From contig CAVYSK010000013.1 of assembly GCA_963771155.1 (NCBI GenBank), positions 16,919 to 80,918 on the forward strand: DNA of 64,000 nt, read 5' to 3'. The translations under genes and the position numbers were made by a program. Under the pieces are notes generated by a model. It was not told the DNA's origin. It saw only the letters and a list, made by a program, of their open reading frames with translations, and searched no databases. Positions 1 to 8,790 of the stretch are shown piece after piece. Source of the DNA: an uncultured Chloroflexia bacterium (lineage in GTDB: Bacteria; Chloroflexota; Limnocylindria; QHBO01). Each line of letters opens with the position of its first letter. The first letter of the stretch is position 1.

Positions 1-16
1 CGTCGCGCCCGTCAGC

Positions 17-1558
17 GTGGACGACGTCGGCGATGCCGACGTGATCGTCGTCGGATCGGGAGCGGGAGGTGGCGTGATCGCATCCCGCCTCGCGGCCGAG
101 GGCCTCGCGGTCGTCGTCGTCGAGGCCGGGCCCGGAGGCGGCCCACCGACCCTCGAGGCGGAGGCGTGGCGAGACCGCTACCTCGATCGCGGGACGACCG
201 CGACCGCCGACCTGGCCGTCACCATCCTCGCCGGCGCGACCCTGGGCGGCGGCACCGCGGTGAACTGGACGACGGTGTTCGCCCCGCCGGACGAGCTCCG
301 GGCCGCCTGGGAGGCGGATCACGGTTTGGAGGGATTCGCGGGCGGCGAGACCGATGCGGACCTCGCGCGTTTGGCGGCCGAGCTGGATCCGCGGCCGCCG
401 ACGGTGGTGCCGGCCAAGGACCGCGCGATCCTCGACGGCGCGCGAGCCCTCGGCTGGCAGGCCGCCGTCACGAGCCGGAACGCCGGCCCGTGCACGGAGT
501 GCGGCGCCTGCGGCTTCGGATGCGCCACCGGCGCGAAGCGATCCACCGACCGGGTCCACCTGGCTGCGGCGGCCGCCGACGGCGCGCGGATCGTTGCCGG
601 AGCGCGTGTCACGCGAATCGCGCTGCGCGACGGAACGGTGCGGGGCGTCGTCGGGCGGAAGCAGGTCGACGGACGCCCGTTCGCGATCGGGGCGGAGCGG
701 GTCGTGGTCGCCGCGGGCGGGCTTCGGACGCCAGTGCTGCTCGCGGCGAGCGGCCTGGACACCCATCCGCAGGTCGGGCGGAACCTGCGCCTGCACCCCA
801 CGGTGGCGGTGATCGGCGTGATGGAGGAGCCGGTCGACATGTGGCTCGGGCCGCTCCAGGCGGCGAGCTGCACGCAGTTCCGAGCGGCGGGACCGGCACC
901 GGACGACGGCATCGGGCCTGCCCATGGCGGCTTCCTCGTCGAGTCCGCACCGCCACATCCCGGGCTCGCGGCGGCCGCACTGTCATGGGAGGGCCGGGAC
1001 GACGCTGCAACTCTCATGGACCTGGCGCGTCGGTGGGCTCCGCTGATCGGCATCATCCACGAGCGGGGGTCGGGGCGGGTTCGACCGGCAGCCGGCGGCC
1101 GCGCCGTGATCGACTACCGGCTCGACGCGGCGGACGCGGCTACCGCCTTGCGGGCGCTGGTCGAGATGAGCCGCCTGGCCCACGCCGCCGGCGCGGTCGA
1201 GCTGCGAACGGGCAGCACCCCGGCGGTGCGCTGGCGGCGCGGGGACTCGCTGGCGGGGTATCTCCGGTCGGTGGCGGACATCGATCCCGCACCGAACCGA
1301 CTGTCGCTGTTCAGCGCGCATCAGATGGGAACCGTGCGAGCCGGGGCCGACCCGCACCGCCACCCCGCCGACCCGGGAGGCAGGCTCCGTCGCGACACGA
1401 GCGGAGCGCTGGCGGCCGGCGTCTTCATCGGCGACGGCTCGCTGCTGCCATCGGCGCCGGGCGTGAACCCGATGCTGACGATCATGGCGATGGCCGAGCG
1501 GACGGCTCGAGCGGTGATCGAGGACACCAGGGTCGGGTCCCGTAGAATCCGGCGATGA
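17..1558 (+). CDS. GMC-family FAD-dependent oxidoreductase
   Basis: 513-aa ORF. N-terminal dinucleotide-binding motif VIVVGSGAGGG and C-terminal GMC-like region GVNPMLTIMAMAER. The GTG start is 16 nt from the window edge with no upstream in-frame stop, so the true 5' end may lie outside the window. Confidence 0.85.
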   Translation: MDDVGDADVIVVGSGAGGGVIASRLAAEGLAVVVVEAGPGGGPPTLEAEAWRDRYLDRGTTATADLAVTILAGATLGGGTAVNWTTVFAPPDELRAAWEADHGLEGFAGGETDADLARLAAELDPRPPTVVPAKDRAILDGARALGWQAAVTSRNAGPCTECGACGFGCATGAKRSTDRVHLAAAAADGARIVAGARVTRIALRDGTVRGVVGRKQVDGRPFAIGAERVVVAAGGLRTPVLLAASGLDTHPQVGRNLRLHPTVAVIGVMEEPVDMWLGPLQAASCTQFRAAGPAPDDGIGPAHGGFLVESAPPHPGLAAAALSWEGRDDAATLMDLARRWAPLIGIIHERGSGRVRPAAGGRAVIDYRLDAADAATALRALVEMSRLAHAAGAVELRTGSTPAVRWRRGDSLAGYLRSVADIDPAPNRLSLFSAHQMGTVRAGADPHRHPADPGGRLRRDTSGALAAGVFIGDGSLLPSAPGVNPMLTIMAMAERTARAVIEDTRVGSRRIRR

Positions 1559-1920
1559 CCGCCGAGCCCGGGTACCCATTCGGGGACGCCCTGATCCCCG
1601 AGGAGTTCGAGGAGCACACGATCCTCTTCCTCGTACGCGCGCCCGACGCGCCCGAGATGACTGAGGAGGAGCTGGATCGGCTCCAGGAGGAGCATCTCAC
1701 GCATCTCCGCGACCTGAAGCGGCGCGGCGTGCTCATCGCCAACGGACCGTTGACCGAGCAGACCGACGTCCGCTTCCGCGGCGTGTCGATCTACGGCGTC
1801 CCCCTCGACGAAGCGCTCGCGCTGGCGCGGGAAGACCCGATGGTCCGGGCCGGCCGGCTGGTGATCGAGGGCGCGCGCTGGATGACCGAGCGCGGTACGG
1901 CCCGCTTCGGCGCCGGCTAG
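1555..1920 (+). CDS. YciI-like (YCII-related) small protein
   Basis: 121-aa ORF with GC-rich third codon positions. Its start overlaps the upstream stop (ATGA). The family call comes from overall resemblance recalled from memory, not a diagnostic motif. Confidence 0.65.
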   Translation: MTAEPGYPFGDALIPEEFEEHTILFLVRAPDAPEMTEEELDRLQEEHLTHLRDLKRRGVLIANGPLTEQTDVRFRGVSIYGVPLDEALALAREDPMVRAGRLVIEGARWMTERGTARFGAG

Positions 1921-2792
1921 CGGAGCTGCGGGAAGACCTCGGCGGCGATCCGCTCCAGTCGGCTCGTGTCGGCCACGCCTCGCACGCTGAAGATCAGGTG
2001 CTGAGCGCCAGCCTCGGCGAGAACGCCGAAGCGCTCGACAACCTCGTCCGGCGACTCCGCATCGAGGTCGATGCTGGTCAGCACCGTGCGCTCGATCTCC
2101 TCGTACGGCCGGCCCAGCCGCTCGCAGTGCTCGCGGAGGACGGCAAGCTTGTGGCGCACGGCGGCCGGATCGCGGCCGAACAGGTTGCAGGCGTCGGCGT
2201 ATTGGGCGACGAGGCGCAGCGTCTTCCGCTCACCGCCGCCGCCGACCAGGATCGGGATCCGCGGGCGGGATACCGACTGGGGCGAGTTGATCAGGTGCGT
2301 GGCCGTCACGTGCCGTCCCTCGAACCGGCCGTGCGTGCCGCTGCCCTCCGACCACATCGACTGCGCCATCTCGAGGGTGTCCTCCAGCCACTCGAAGCGC
2401 TCGCCCAGCGGCGGGAAGGCGAACCCCAGGCCCTTCGACTCGAATACGTTCCAGGCTGCGCCGATCCCGAACCAGGCCCGGCCGCCGGACAGGATGTCGA
2501 GAGTGGTCGTCATCTTGATCCATAGCCCGGGCGCGCGGTAGTGGACGCCGCCGACCATGAGCCCGAGCCGCGCTCGCTCGGTGTGCGCCGCCAGGAAGCC
2601 GAGGGCGGTCTGGCCCTCGAGCATCGGTGCCTCGGGCGGGCCGAGGCCACGGATCTGGAAGAAGTGGTCCATCACCCAGATCGAGTCGAAGCCGGCCTCG
2701 TCGGCGGTTCGGCCGATCCGCGCCAGCGTCGGGCCGATATCGCTGGCGCCGCCCGGCCAGGTGAACTGGTTCACCTGGAGCCCGAACTTCAT
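1917..2792 (-). CDS. LLM-class (luciferase-like) F420-dependent oxidoreductase
   Basis: 291-aa ORF. N-terminus MKFGLQV...FDSIWVMDHF is typical of luciferase-like monooxygenase-fold oxidoreductases. Confidence 0.85.
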   Translation of the reverse strand: MKFGLQVNQFTWPGGASDIGPTLARIGRTADEAGFDSIWVMDHFFQIRGLGPPEAPMLEGQTALGFLAAHTERARLGLMVGGVHYRAPGLWIKMTTTLDILSGGRAWFGIGAAWNVFESKGLGFAFPPLGERFEWLEDTLEMAQSMWSEGSGTHGRFEGRHVTATHLINSPQSVSRPRIPILVGGGGERKTLRLVAQYADACNLFGRDPAAVRHKLAVLREHCERLGRPYEEIERTVLTSIDLDAESPDEVVERFGVLAEAGAQHLIFSVRGVADTSRLERIAAEVFPQLR

Positions 2793-2919
2793 GCCGAGCC
2801 CTCGCCCAGGGCATGGAGGATCGCGAACGTCGTGGCCTCGGGATGGAGAGCGGCGTTCGCCGTGTCGACCGGAGGCATGACCATAACTTTAGCCCGCGCG
2901 ATGAAGGCACGGACTTCCC

Positions 2920-4170
2920 CTAGAGGATGTCGTGCGGTCGGTCGGCGAACGATCGATCCGGCCGGAACGGATTCGCATCGGCCAATGCGTCGCCGGTGAG
3001 CAGGTCGACCACGAGCCGGCTGCCGCCGGCGCCGGCCATGATGCCGTGCCCCGAGTAGCCGCCGTTGAGAAACAGGCCGTCCGGCCCGACCGCCCCGAGG
3101 TACGGCCGGCGGTCGGGCGTGTACTCGTACTGGCCGGCCTGCAGGAACCAGTGCACCGGTGCCGCACCGTCCGCCCAGGCGTCGCGCCACCACGGCGCGA
3201 CCCTGGCCAGTGCGTGGTTGGAGCGCGGGTCAAGGAGGCCGAAGGCCCAGTCGTGGTCGATCGGCACCGGGTCCTGCGGCTCGGAGGGCGTCGCATCGGC
3301 GTCGGTGAACAGCGCGAGCGCGCCGCGCATCGCCGGCCGCCAATGCGCGGCCGTCTCCTCGTCGATCGTCATCGGCGCGTCCGCCGGGACGAGCGGCAGC
3401 TCGGGAAGCACGAGCTTCTGCCGGCGCACCGGGCGAAGCGTGACGTGGACGCCAGCCAGTGCGGCGAGCTCGGCCAGGAACGGTCCGCCGGCCACTACGA
3501 CCCGCTCGGTGGCAACGTCGCCCCTCGTCGTCGACACGCCGCGCACCCGGTCGCCGTCGACACCGATGGCGGTCACGTTCGCGCCCATCACGAAGGCCGC
3601 ACCGCCCGCGCCGCCCTGGCGATCCGGGATGCGCTCCGCGTTCGAGGCGGCCACGGCGTACCCGGCAGCCAGCCGCTTGACGTCCAGCCAGCCGTCACCG
3701 GACCGGTAGCGCGCGCCGCGCACCTCTTGCGCCAGCCACGGCCAGCGAGCTCGCGCCTCGTCGCCGGTCAGGAGCTCGACGTCGGCGAGGCCCCACGAGC
3801 GCTGGCGTTCCACAAGGATCCTCGACCGCTCAACGGTGGCATCGGTCAGGGAGCAGAAGAGATAGCCCCCGTGATTGAGCCCGATGTCCCAGCCGTCGAG
3901 GCCGGTGCGCTCACCGAACGCGTCGAACAGGTCGACCCCCTCGCGCACCGCATCGATCTCCTCGGGATTGTCGAACTGGAGGCGGAAGGCTCCGGTCGAC
4001 ACCGGCGTCGTCAGCGTGGCCAGCGCTGCGCGGCGCTCGAGCACGACCACCCGCAGGCCGGCGCGCGCAGCGAAGAATGCGGTCGCGCAGCCGATGATGC
4101 CGCCGCCGATGATCGCGACGTCCGCGGTCGCCGGGGGTGCATCCGTGACGTGGGCTCCGGGGACCGGCAT
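2920..4170 (-). CDS. FAD-dependent oxidoreductase (DAO/sarcosine oxidase-like)
   Basis: 416-aa ORF with Rossmann motif VAIIGGGIIGCATAFFAARAG near the N-terminus. Confidence 0.85.
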   Translation of the reverse strand: MPVPGAHVTDAPPATADVAIIGGGIIGCATAFFAARAGLRVVVLERRAALATLTTPVSTGAFRLQFDNPEEIDAVREGVDLFDAFGERTGLDGWDIGLNHGGYLFCSLTDATVERSRILVERQRSWGLADVELLTGDEARARWPWLAQEVRGARYRSGDGWLDVKRLAAGYAVAASNAERIPDRQGGAGGAAFVMGANVTAIGVDGDRVRGVSTTRGDVATERVVVAGGPFLAELAALAGVHVTLRPVRRQKLVLPELPLVPADAPMTIDEETAAHWRPAMRGALALFTDADATPSEPQDPVPIDHDWAFGLLDPRSNHALARVAPWWRDAWADGAAPVHWFLQAGQYEYTPDRRPYLGAVGPDGLFLNGGYSGHGIMAGAGGSRLVVDLLTGDALADANPFRPDRSFADRPHDIL

Positions 4171-4201
4171 GTGCGCATCCTAAGCGGCTACGATCCGCGC
4201 C

Positions 4202-5389
4202 GTGGGTCGGGTCGAGCGAGCGGACGTGGTCGTCATCGGCGGAGCCATCGTCGGCTCGTCGGTGGCCACGTTCCTGGCGGCACGACCCGACTTCGACGGG
4301 CGGATCGTGGTCGTCGAGCGGGACCCGACCTTTCGCACCGCGTCGACGACCCTGTCGGCGGCGAGCATCCGGCTCCAGTTCAGTACTCCACTGAACATCG
4401 AGATCAGCCGCTTCGGGCTCGACGTCGTCCGCCATCCGGGCCGGTACGTGGGGGTGGATGGCGAGGCTCCCGATGTCGACTTCGTGGAGAACGGCTACCT
4501 CTTCCTCGCGACCGATGCGGGCCTTGCCACGCTCGAGCACAACCACGCCGTCCAGCGCTCGCTCGACGTTCCGGCCGTCCTCCTCTCGCCGGCAGAGCTG
4601 CACGCCCGGTTCGACTGGATCGCGGTCGATGACCTTGCCGGCGCATCGCTCGGCCTGTCGGACGAGGGCTGGTTCGACGCCTATGCCCTGCTGCAGGGGT
4701 TCCGGAGACGCGCCCGCGCCCTGGGCGTCGAGGAACGCGCCGGCGAGGTCGTGGGCATCGATGTCGGATCAGGACGGGTCGACGGGATCGTCCTGGCCGA
4801 CGGCGCGCGAATACAGGCGGACTGGGTCGTGAACGCCGCCGGACCGAGGGCCGGATCGGTGGCCGCCCTGGCCGGGGTGTCGCTGCCGGTGCATCCGCGA
4901 AAGCGGAACGTCTACCACCTCGAGGCGCCGATCAGCCTCGGCAAGGCGCCGCTCACCATCGACCCGACCGGCGTGTACTTCCGTCCTGAAGGCCCCGCCT
5001 ACATCGCCGGCTTCTCGCCACGGGGGGCCGACGCGGATCCCGATACGCTCGACCTCGAGGTAGATCGCGGAGCATTCGACGACGTCGTCTGGCCCGTACT
5101 TGCCCATCGCGTCCCGGGCTTCGATCGGGTGCGACTGCTCGATGCGTGGGCCGGACACTACGAGGTCAACACGCTCGACCACAACGCGATCGTCGGGCCG
5201 CACCCGGTGCTGAGGAATCTCCTGTTCGCGAACGGGTTCTCGGGCCACGGCCTCCAGCAGGCGCCAGCGGTTGGACGCGGCCTGGCGGAGTGGATCGCGA
5301 CCGGGCGGTACGAGACGCTCGACCTCTCGGCGCTCGGGTACGAGCGGATCGAGCGCGGAGAGCCGATCCGCGAGCTGAACGTCGTCTAG
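4202..5389 (+). CDS. FAD-dependent oxidoreductase (DAO family)
   Basis: 395-aa ORF with motif VVVIGGAIVGSSVATFLA. Divergent from 2920..4170 with only about 30 nt between the two starts. Confidence 0.85.
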   Translation: MGRVERADVVVIGGAIVGSSVATFLAARPDFDGRIVVVERDPTFRTASTTLSAASIRLQFSTPLNIEISRFGLDVVRHPGRYVGVDGEAPDVDFVENGYLFLATDAGLATLEHNHAVQRSLDVPAVLLSPAELHARFDWIAVDDLAGASLGLSDEGWFDAYALLQGFRRRARALGVEERAGEVVGIDVGSGRVDGIVLADGARIQADWVVNAAGPRAGSVAALAGVSLPVHPRKRNVYHLEAPISLGKAPLTIDPTGVYFRPEGPAYIAGFSPRGADADPDTLDLEVDRGAFDDVVWPVLAHRVPGFDRVRLLDAWAGHYEVNTLDHNAIVGPHPVLRNLLFANGFSGHGLQQAPAVGRGLAEWIATGRYETLDLSALGYERIERGEPIRELNVV

Positions 5390-5394
5390 CGGAC

Positions 5395-5979
5395 CTACCT
5401 GCAGCCGACGTCAGGCGGATGCGGGTCCTGGAAGGTGAGCACGCCCTTCGGCGGCCCGGCGATGACCTCGCGCGTGTCGACGAGCAGGACGCCCTCGGCA
5501 TCGAACCGGACCGGGAAGCGGTCCATGCCGCGCGGCGCCGGACCGAGCAGGAGCTTCTCGCCGAGGATGTTGTACGTGCTCTGGTGGCAGTAGCACTGGA
5601 ATCGGCCGCGCTCCTCGCAGGCCGCCGGGATCATGCATCCCAGGTGCGGGCAGCGGCGCCACAGGGCAAGGATCTGGTCGACGGTCGGTTCCGGCACGGA
5701 AGTCGCCTTCCCGGACGCCCAGGCGGTGGCGGCCGGCACGTTGACGAGGAACGCCCGGGCGGGGCGGAACTCGACGGGCACGCCGGTTGCCCAGGTCGGG
5801 TAGCTCGCCGTGAGGTCGGCCAGCGTGCCGACCGGGTACTCGACCCCCACGCCGTCGCTGGCCGCAGGCCACAGGAACGCGAGGCTGCCGCCGATGAACT
5901 CGAGCGACAGCAGGCCGACGCCCGCGCCGAGCATCCGCCGCATGAAGGATCGCCGGCTTAGGGTCCGCTCATCGAGCAT
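5395..5979 (-). CDS. Rieske [2Fe-2S] protein with twin-arginine (Tat) signal
   Basis: Start taken at ATG 5979 (MLDERTLSRRSFMRRMLGAGVG, a Tat-type RR signal). Rieske ligand boxes CPHLGC and CYCHQS are present. The upstream 218 aa of the 412-aa track ORF are Arg-rich and rejected. Confidence 0.8.
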   Translation of the reverse strand: MLDERTLSRRSFMRRMLGAGVGLLSLEFIGGSLAFLWPAASDGVGVEYPVGTLADLTASYPTWATGVPVEFRPARAFLVNVPAATAWASGKATSVPEPTVDQILALWRRCPHLGCMIPAACEERGRFQCYCHQSTYNILGEKLLLGPAPRGMDRFPVRFDAEGVLLVDTREVIAGPPKGVLTFQDPHPPDVGCR

Positions 5980-6059
5980 CGCTGCGCCTCCTCGACGGGG
6001 CGGCGGCGTGAGCATCGAACGCTTCCCTGCGGGAAACGGGAAGGGGCGGATGTCCCGGC

Positions 6060-7025
6060 TCAGCCGGGACCGAGGCGGCAGTACTCGCGCGGAAGCGTCG
6101 TCTGATCGGTGACCAGGTAGCGCGTGTCGCGCCCGGCCAGGATCGCCGGCCAGTCCACGCCCCGTGCCATCCGCTCCCCGATCGCCTGCAGCTCGACGAT
6201 GCCGCTGACCTGGTCGAGGCCGATCTCTCGCTCGAGCTCGACGTCCAGCCGGTAGAACCCCGCCTGCGGCCAGTGCCGATGCACAAGCTCGGTCTGCTGC
6301 TCGGCCGGAGAGCGAAGGAGCTCGGAGAGGAGCCAGCCCAGCCATGTCCACAGCCAGGTCGGGCGCGGTCGCTGCAGGAGCTTGCCGGTCCCCAGGCTGA
6401 CCACGAGCGTATCGGCCGGCGCATACGCGTCGGTGTAGTGGAACGCCTCCACGCAGGCCTGGTAGACCGGGTTGCCGGCAACGCCGATTCCGCCGTCGAT
6501 CAGCTCGCCGATGCCGGCGATCGGCCATGGGCGGAAGTAGGTCGGAGCCGCCGCGGAGGCGGTGAGCGCGTCGGACAGGCGGACCGCCCCCGCACGGCAC
6601 GAGTTCACCGGGTTGTCGCGCACGAAGTACCACGGCATGCCGTCGGTGAGCCGCTTGGCAGTGATGAGGAGGTCCAGCGGCGCGTCGTTCAGCCGCCAGT
6701 CGCGCGCGTCCCCCAGCTCCTCGCGGACGAGCGCATTGAGCACCCCGACGTCGTACGGGTCGCCACCGAGCACGCGGCGGAGCAGGCTCACCAGCGGGAC
6801 GCGACGAAAGACCTCGCCGGCGCGGGTTGCGTACAGGGCCACGAGGCGGTCGGCCGGAATGCCGGCCGCGATACCGCCGGCCAGCACGGCACCGGTCGAG
6901 GTACCCGCCACGAAGTCGAACGACTCGCGTGTCGGGCGACCCGTGGCCCGCTCGAGCGCCGCCAGGAGCGTGGCCGGGATGGTCCCCCGCACGCCGCCGC
7001 CGTCGATGGTGAGGATTCGTCGCAT
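6060..7025 (-). CDS. patatin-like phospholipase
   Basis: Oxyanion motif TIDGGGVRG and nucleophile motif AGTSTGA. Start placed at ATG 7025 (AGGA about 9 nt upstream). The track ORF extends to a TTG at 7073 that overlaps the upstream stop. Confidence 0.85.
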   Translation of the reverse strand: MRRILTIDGGGVRGTIPATLLAALERATGRPTRESFDFVAGTSTGAVLAGGIAAGIPADRLVALYATRAGEVFRRVPLVSLLRRVLGGDPYDVGVLNALVREELGDARDWRLNDAPLDLLITAKRLTDGMPWYFVRDNPVNSCRAGAVRLSDALTASAAAPTYFRPWPIAGIGELIDGGIGVAGNPVYQACVEAFHYTDAYAPADTLVVSLGTGKLLQRPRPTWLWTWLGWLLSELLRSPAEQQTELVHRHWPQAGFYRLDVELEREIGLDQVSGIVELQAIGERMARGVDWPAILAGRDTRYLVTDQTTLPREYCRLGPG

Positions 7026-7069
7026 GTCCCCCATCCTGAACGACCGACGCGACAGCAGCCGGTCGCGAC

Positions 7070-7903
7070 TCAACGCGTCCTGGCCGCGATCTCGGGCGCC
7101 AGCCCTGCGGCGCGGGCCTCGGCTGCCTTGCGCTTCTTCTCGTCCTCGGTGTGGCGCCGGTGCGTCTCGACCACTTCGTCCGGCTCGCCCTCGATCACGA
7201 CGTGCCCGTGCTCGAGCAGGATCGCGCGGTTGCAGTACTCCTTGACCCAGGCCATGTCGTGCGTGACGAGGACGACCGCCTTCGACTCGCGCACCAACTC
7301 GAGGACACGGGCCTTCGACTTCGCCCGGAACGTGGAGTCCCCGGTGGCAAGCACCTCGTCAAGCAGCAGGATGTCCGGGTCGACCGACGTTGCGATCGCG
7401 AAGCCAAGCCTGGCTCGCATGCCGGCTGAGTACGTCTTCAGCGGCGCGTCGATGAACTGCCCGAAGTCCGCGTACTCGACGATGGCCGGCGACAGCTCTC
7501 GCGTGACCGCGTCGTCGAGACCGAGGAAGGCGCCGGCGAGCAGGATGTTGTCCCGCCCGGTCAGCTCGACGTCGAAGCCCGCCCCCAGGGTCAGCAGCCC
7601 GGAGACATGGCCGCGCACGTCCACCGCGCCTTCCGACGGCCGGATGATCCCGGCGAGCACCTGGAGCAGCGTGCTCTTGCCGGCCCCGTTCGGACCGATG
7701 ACCGCCAGCGACTCGCCGTGCACCAGGCGGAAGGTGACGTCACGCAATGCCCAGAACTGCTCGACCGGGTCGCGAGTCAACAGCTGGCCGAGCGTGCGCT
7801 GGATCGATTTCTTGCGGCTGAAGCGGAGCGTGTAGCGCACGCCGAGGGCCTCTGCGGCGATCGCGTATTCGGTGTCGGTGATCGGCGGCGGCGTGTCGGT
7901 CAT
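7070..7903 (-). CDS. tagH: polymer-export ABC transporter ATP-binding protein (TagH/Wzt-like)
   Basis: Walker A GPNGAGKST, signature YSAGMRARL, Walker B ILLLDE. ATG 7903 follows the permease stop by 3 nt. The N-terminal 200 aa of the track ORF are rejected. Confidence 0.9.
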   Translation of the reverse strand: MTDTPPPITDTEYAIAAEALGVRYTLRFSRKKSIQRTLGQLLTRDPVEQFWALRDVTFRLVHGESLAVIGPNGAGKSTLLQVLAGIIRPSEGAVDVRGHVSGLLTLGAGFDVELTGRDNILLAGAFLGLDDAVTRELSPAIVEYADFGQFIDAPLKTYSAGMRARLGFAIATSVDPDILLLDEVLATGDSTFRAKSKARVLELVRESKAVVLVTHDMAWVKEYCNRAILLEHGHVVIEGEPDEVVETHRRHTEDEKKRKAAEARAAGLAPEIAARTR

Positions 7904-7905
7904 GC

Positions 7906-8790
7906 TCACAGCACCTTCGCGAAAGTCGGCTCGAGCCGCTTGAAGACGACGGTCGCGACGGCCACGAAGCCGATGCTGACGACCAACAGGATGCCGAGCG
8001 CGGCCCAGTCCGGCATGACCGGCGGCCCGTCGGGCGTGCCGTAGATCACGCTGCGATAGGCCTCGAACAGGATGGCGAACGGATTGAGGCTGGCGAGCGT
8101 GATGAGCACCGGGTTCTCCTGGAAGAACGGCACCTCCTCGAGCATCGCCAGGCTGTACAGGCCCGGCGACAGGTAGAACCACAGCCGCAGCAGGTGCCGC
8201 ATCACGTTGGCGAGGTCGCGGACGAAGACGTTGCCGGCCGCGACGAGCAGCGCCACTCCGAGCGTGAACACGTACTGCACCACGGCGATGACCGGCACGA
8301 GCAGGATGAGCGGCGAGAGGCGGTCGAGGTACAGGAGCATGATCCCGGCGAGGGTCACCATCCCGAACCCGAACCCGACCACGCCGGCGGTCACCGCGGC
8401 GATCGGGAGCACCACCTTGGGGAACGCGATCTGCTTGATCAGCCGATGCTGGTTGACGATCGAGCCGGTCGAGTCGGTCACCGCGGAGGTGAACCACTTC
8501 CACGGCAGGATGGCGGCGAAGATGAACAGCGGGTAATCATCGACGGGGCGTTGGGCGATGATCGCCACCAGCACCACGTATACCAGCATGAGCAGCAGCG
8601 GATCGAGGACCCACCACAGGTTGCCGAGGAACGTGTTGGCGCCGCGGCGCTTGATGTCGGCCTGGACGAGGTAGCGGACCAGCCGGCGGCGGGAGATGAC
8701 GTCGCGGGTGGCCTCGCCGATCAGCGCGAGCGGGCCCGACCGGGCTGCGGCGTTGCGGAACGCCGCCGGCGCCTCACTCGTGATGGACAT
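7906..8790 (-). CDS. tagG: ABC-2 type polymer-export permease (TagG/Wzm-like)
   Basis: Start at ATG 8790 (MSITSEAP...). Multiple hydrophobic spans and a FLGNLWWVLDPLL region typical of ABC-2 permeases. Immediately upstream of the ATPase gene. Confidence 0.85.
   Translation of the reverse strand: MSITSEAPAAFRNAAARSGPLALIGEATRDVISRRRLVRYLVQADIKRRGANTFLGNLWWVLDPLLLMLVYVVLVAIIAQRPVDDYPLFIFAAILPWKWFTSAVTDSTGSIVNQHRLIKQIAFPKVVLPIAAVTAGVVGFGFGMVTLAGIMLLYLDRLSPLILLVPVIAVVQYVFTLGVALLVAAGNVFVRDLANVMRHLLRLWFYLSPGLYSLAMLEEVPFFQENPVLITLASLNPFAILFEAYRSVIYGTPDGPPVMPDWAALGILLVVSIGFVAVATVVFKRLEPTFAKVL

Noticed and set aside
166-1545. 459-aa alternative-frame ORF inside the GMC oxidoreductase gene (with similar cases at 2932..4632, 10268..12130 and 60777..62207)
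   Set aside because: These are out-of-frame overlaps of genes with diagnostic motifs and have extreme Arg/Gly/Pro content.
5980-6633. N-terminal 218 aa of the 412-aa ORF containing the Rieske domain
   Set aside because: It is Arg-rich and overlaps the patatin gene region. The Tat signal begins at the internal ATG 5979, which is the natural start.
6060-7025. Patatin as a CBASS-type defence effector, possibly linked to the nucleotide cyclase at 55 kb
   Set aside because: No CD-NTase, SAVED or sensor gene is adjacent. The cyclase is a class III enzyme 48 kb away in an unrelated context. The patatin gene is embedded in a cell-wall polymer operon.
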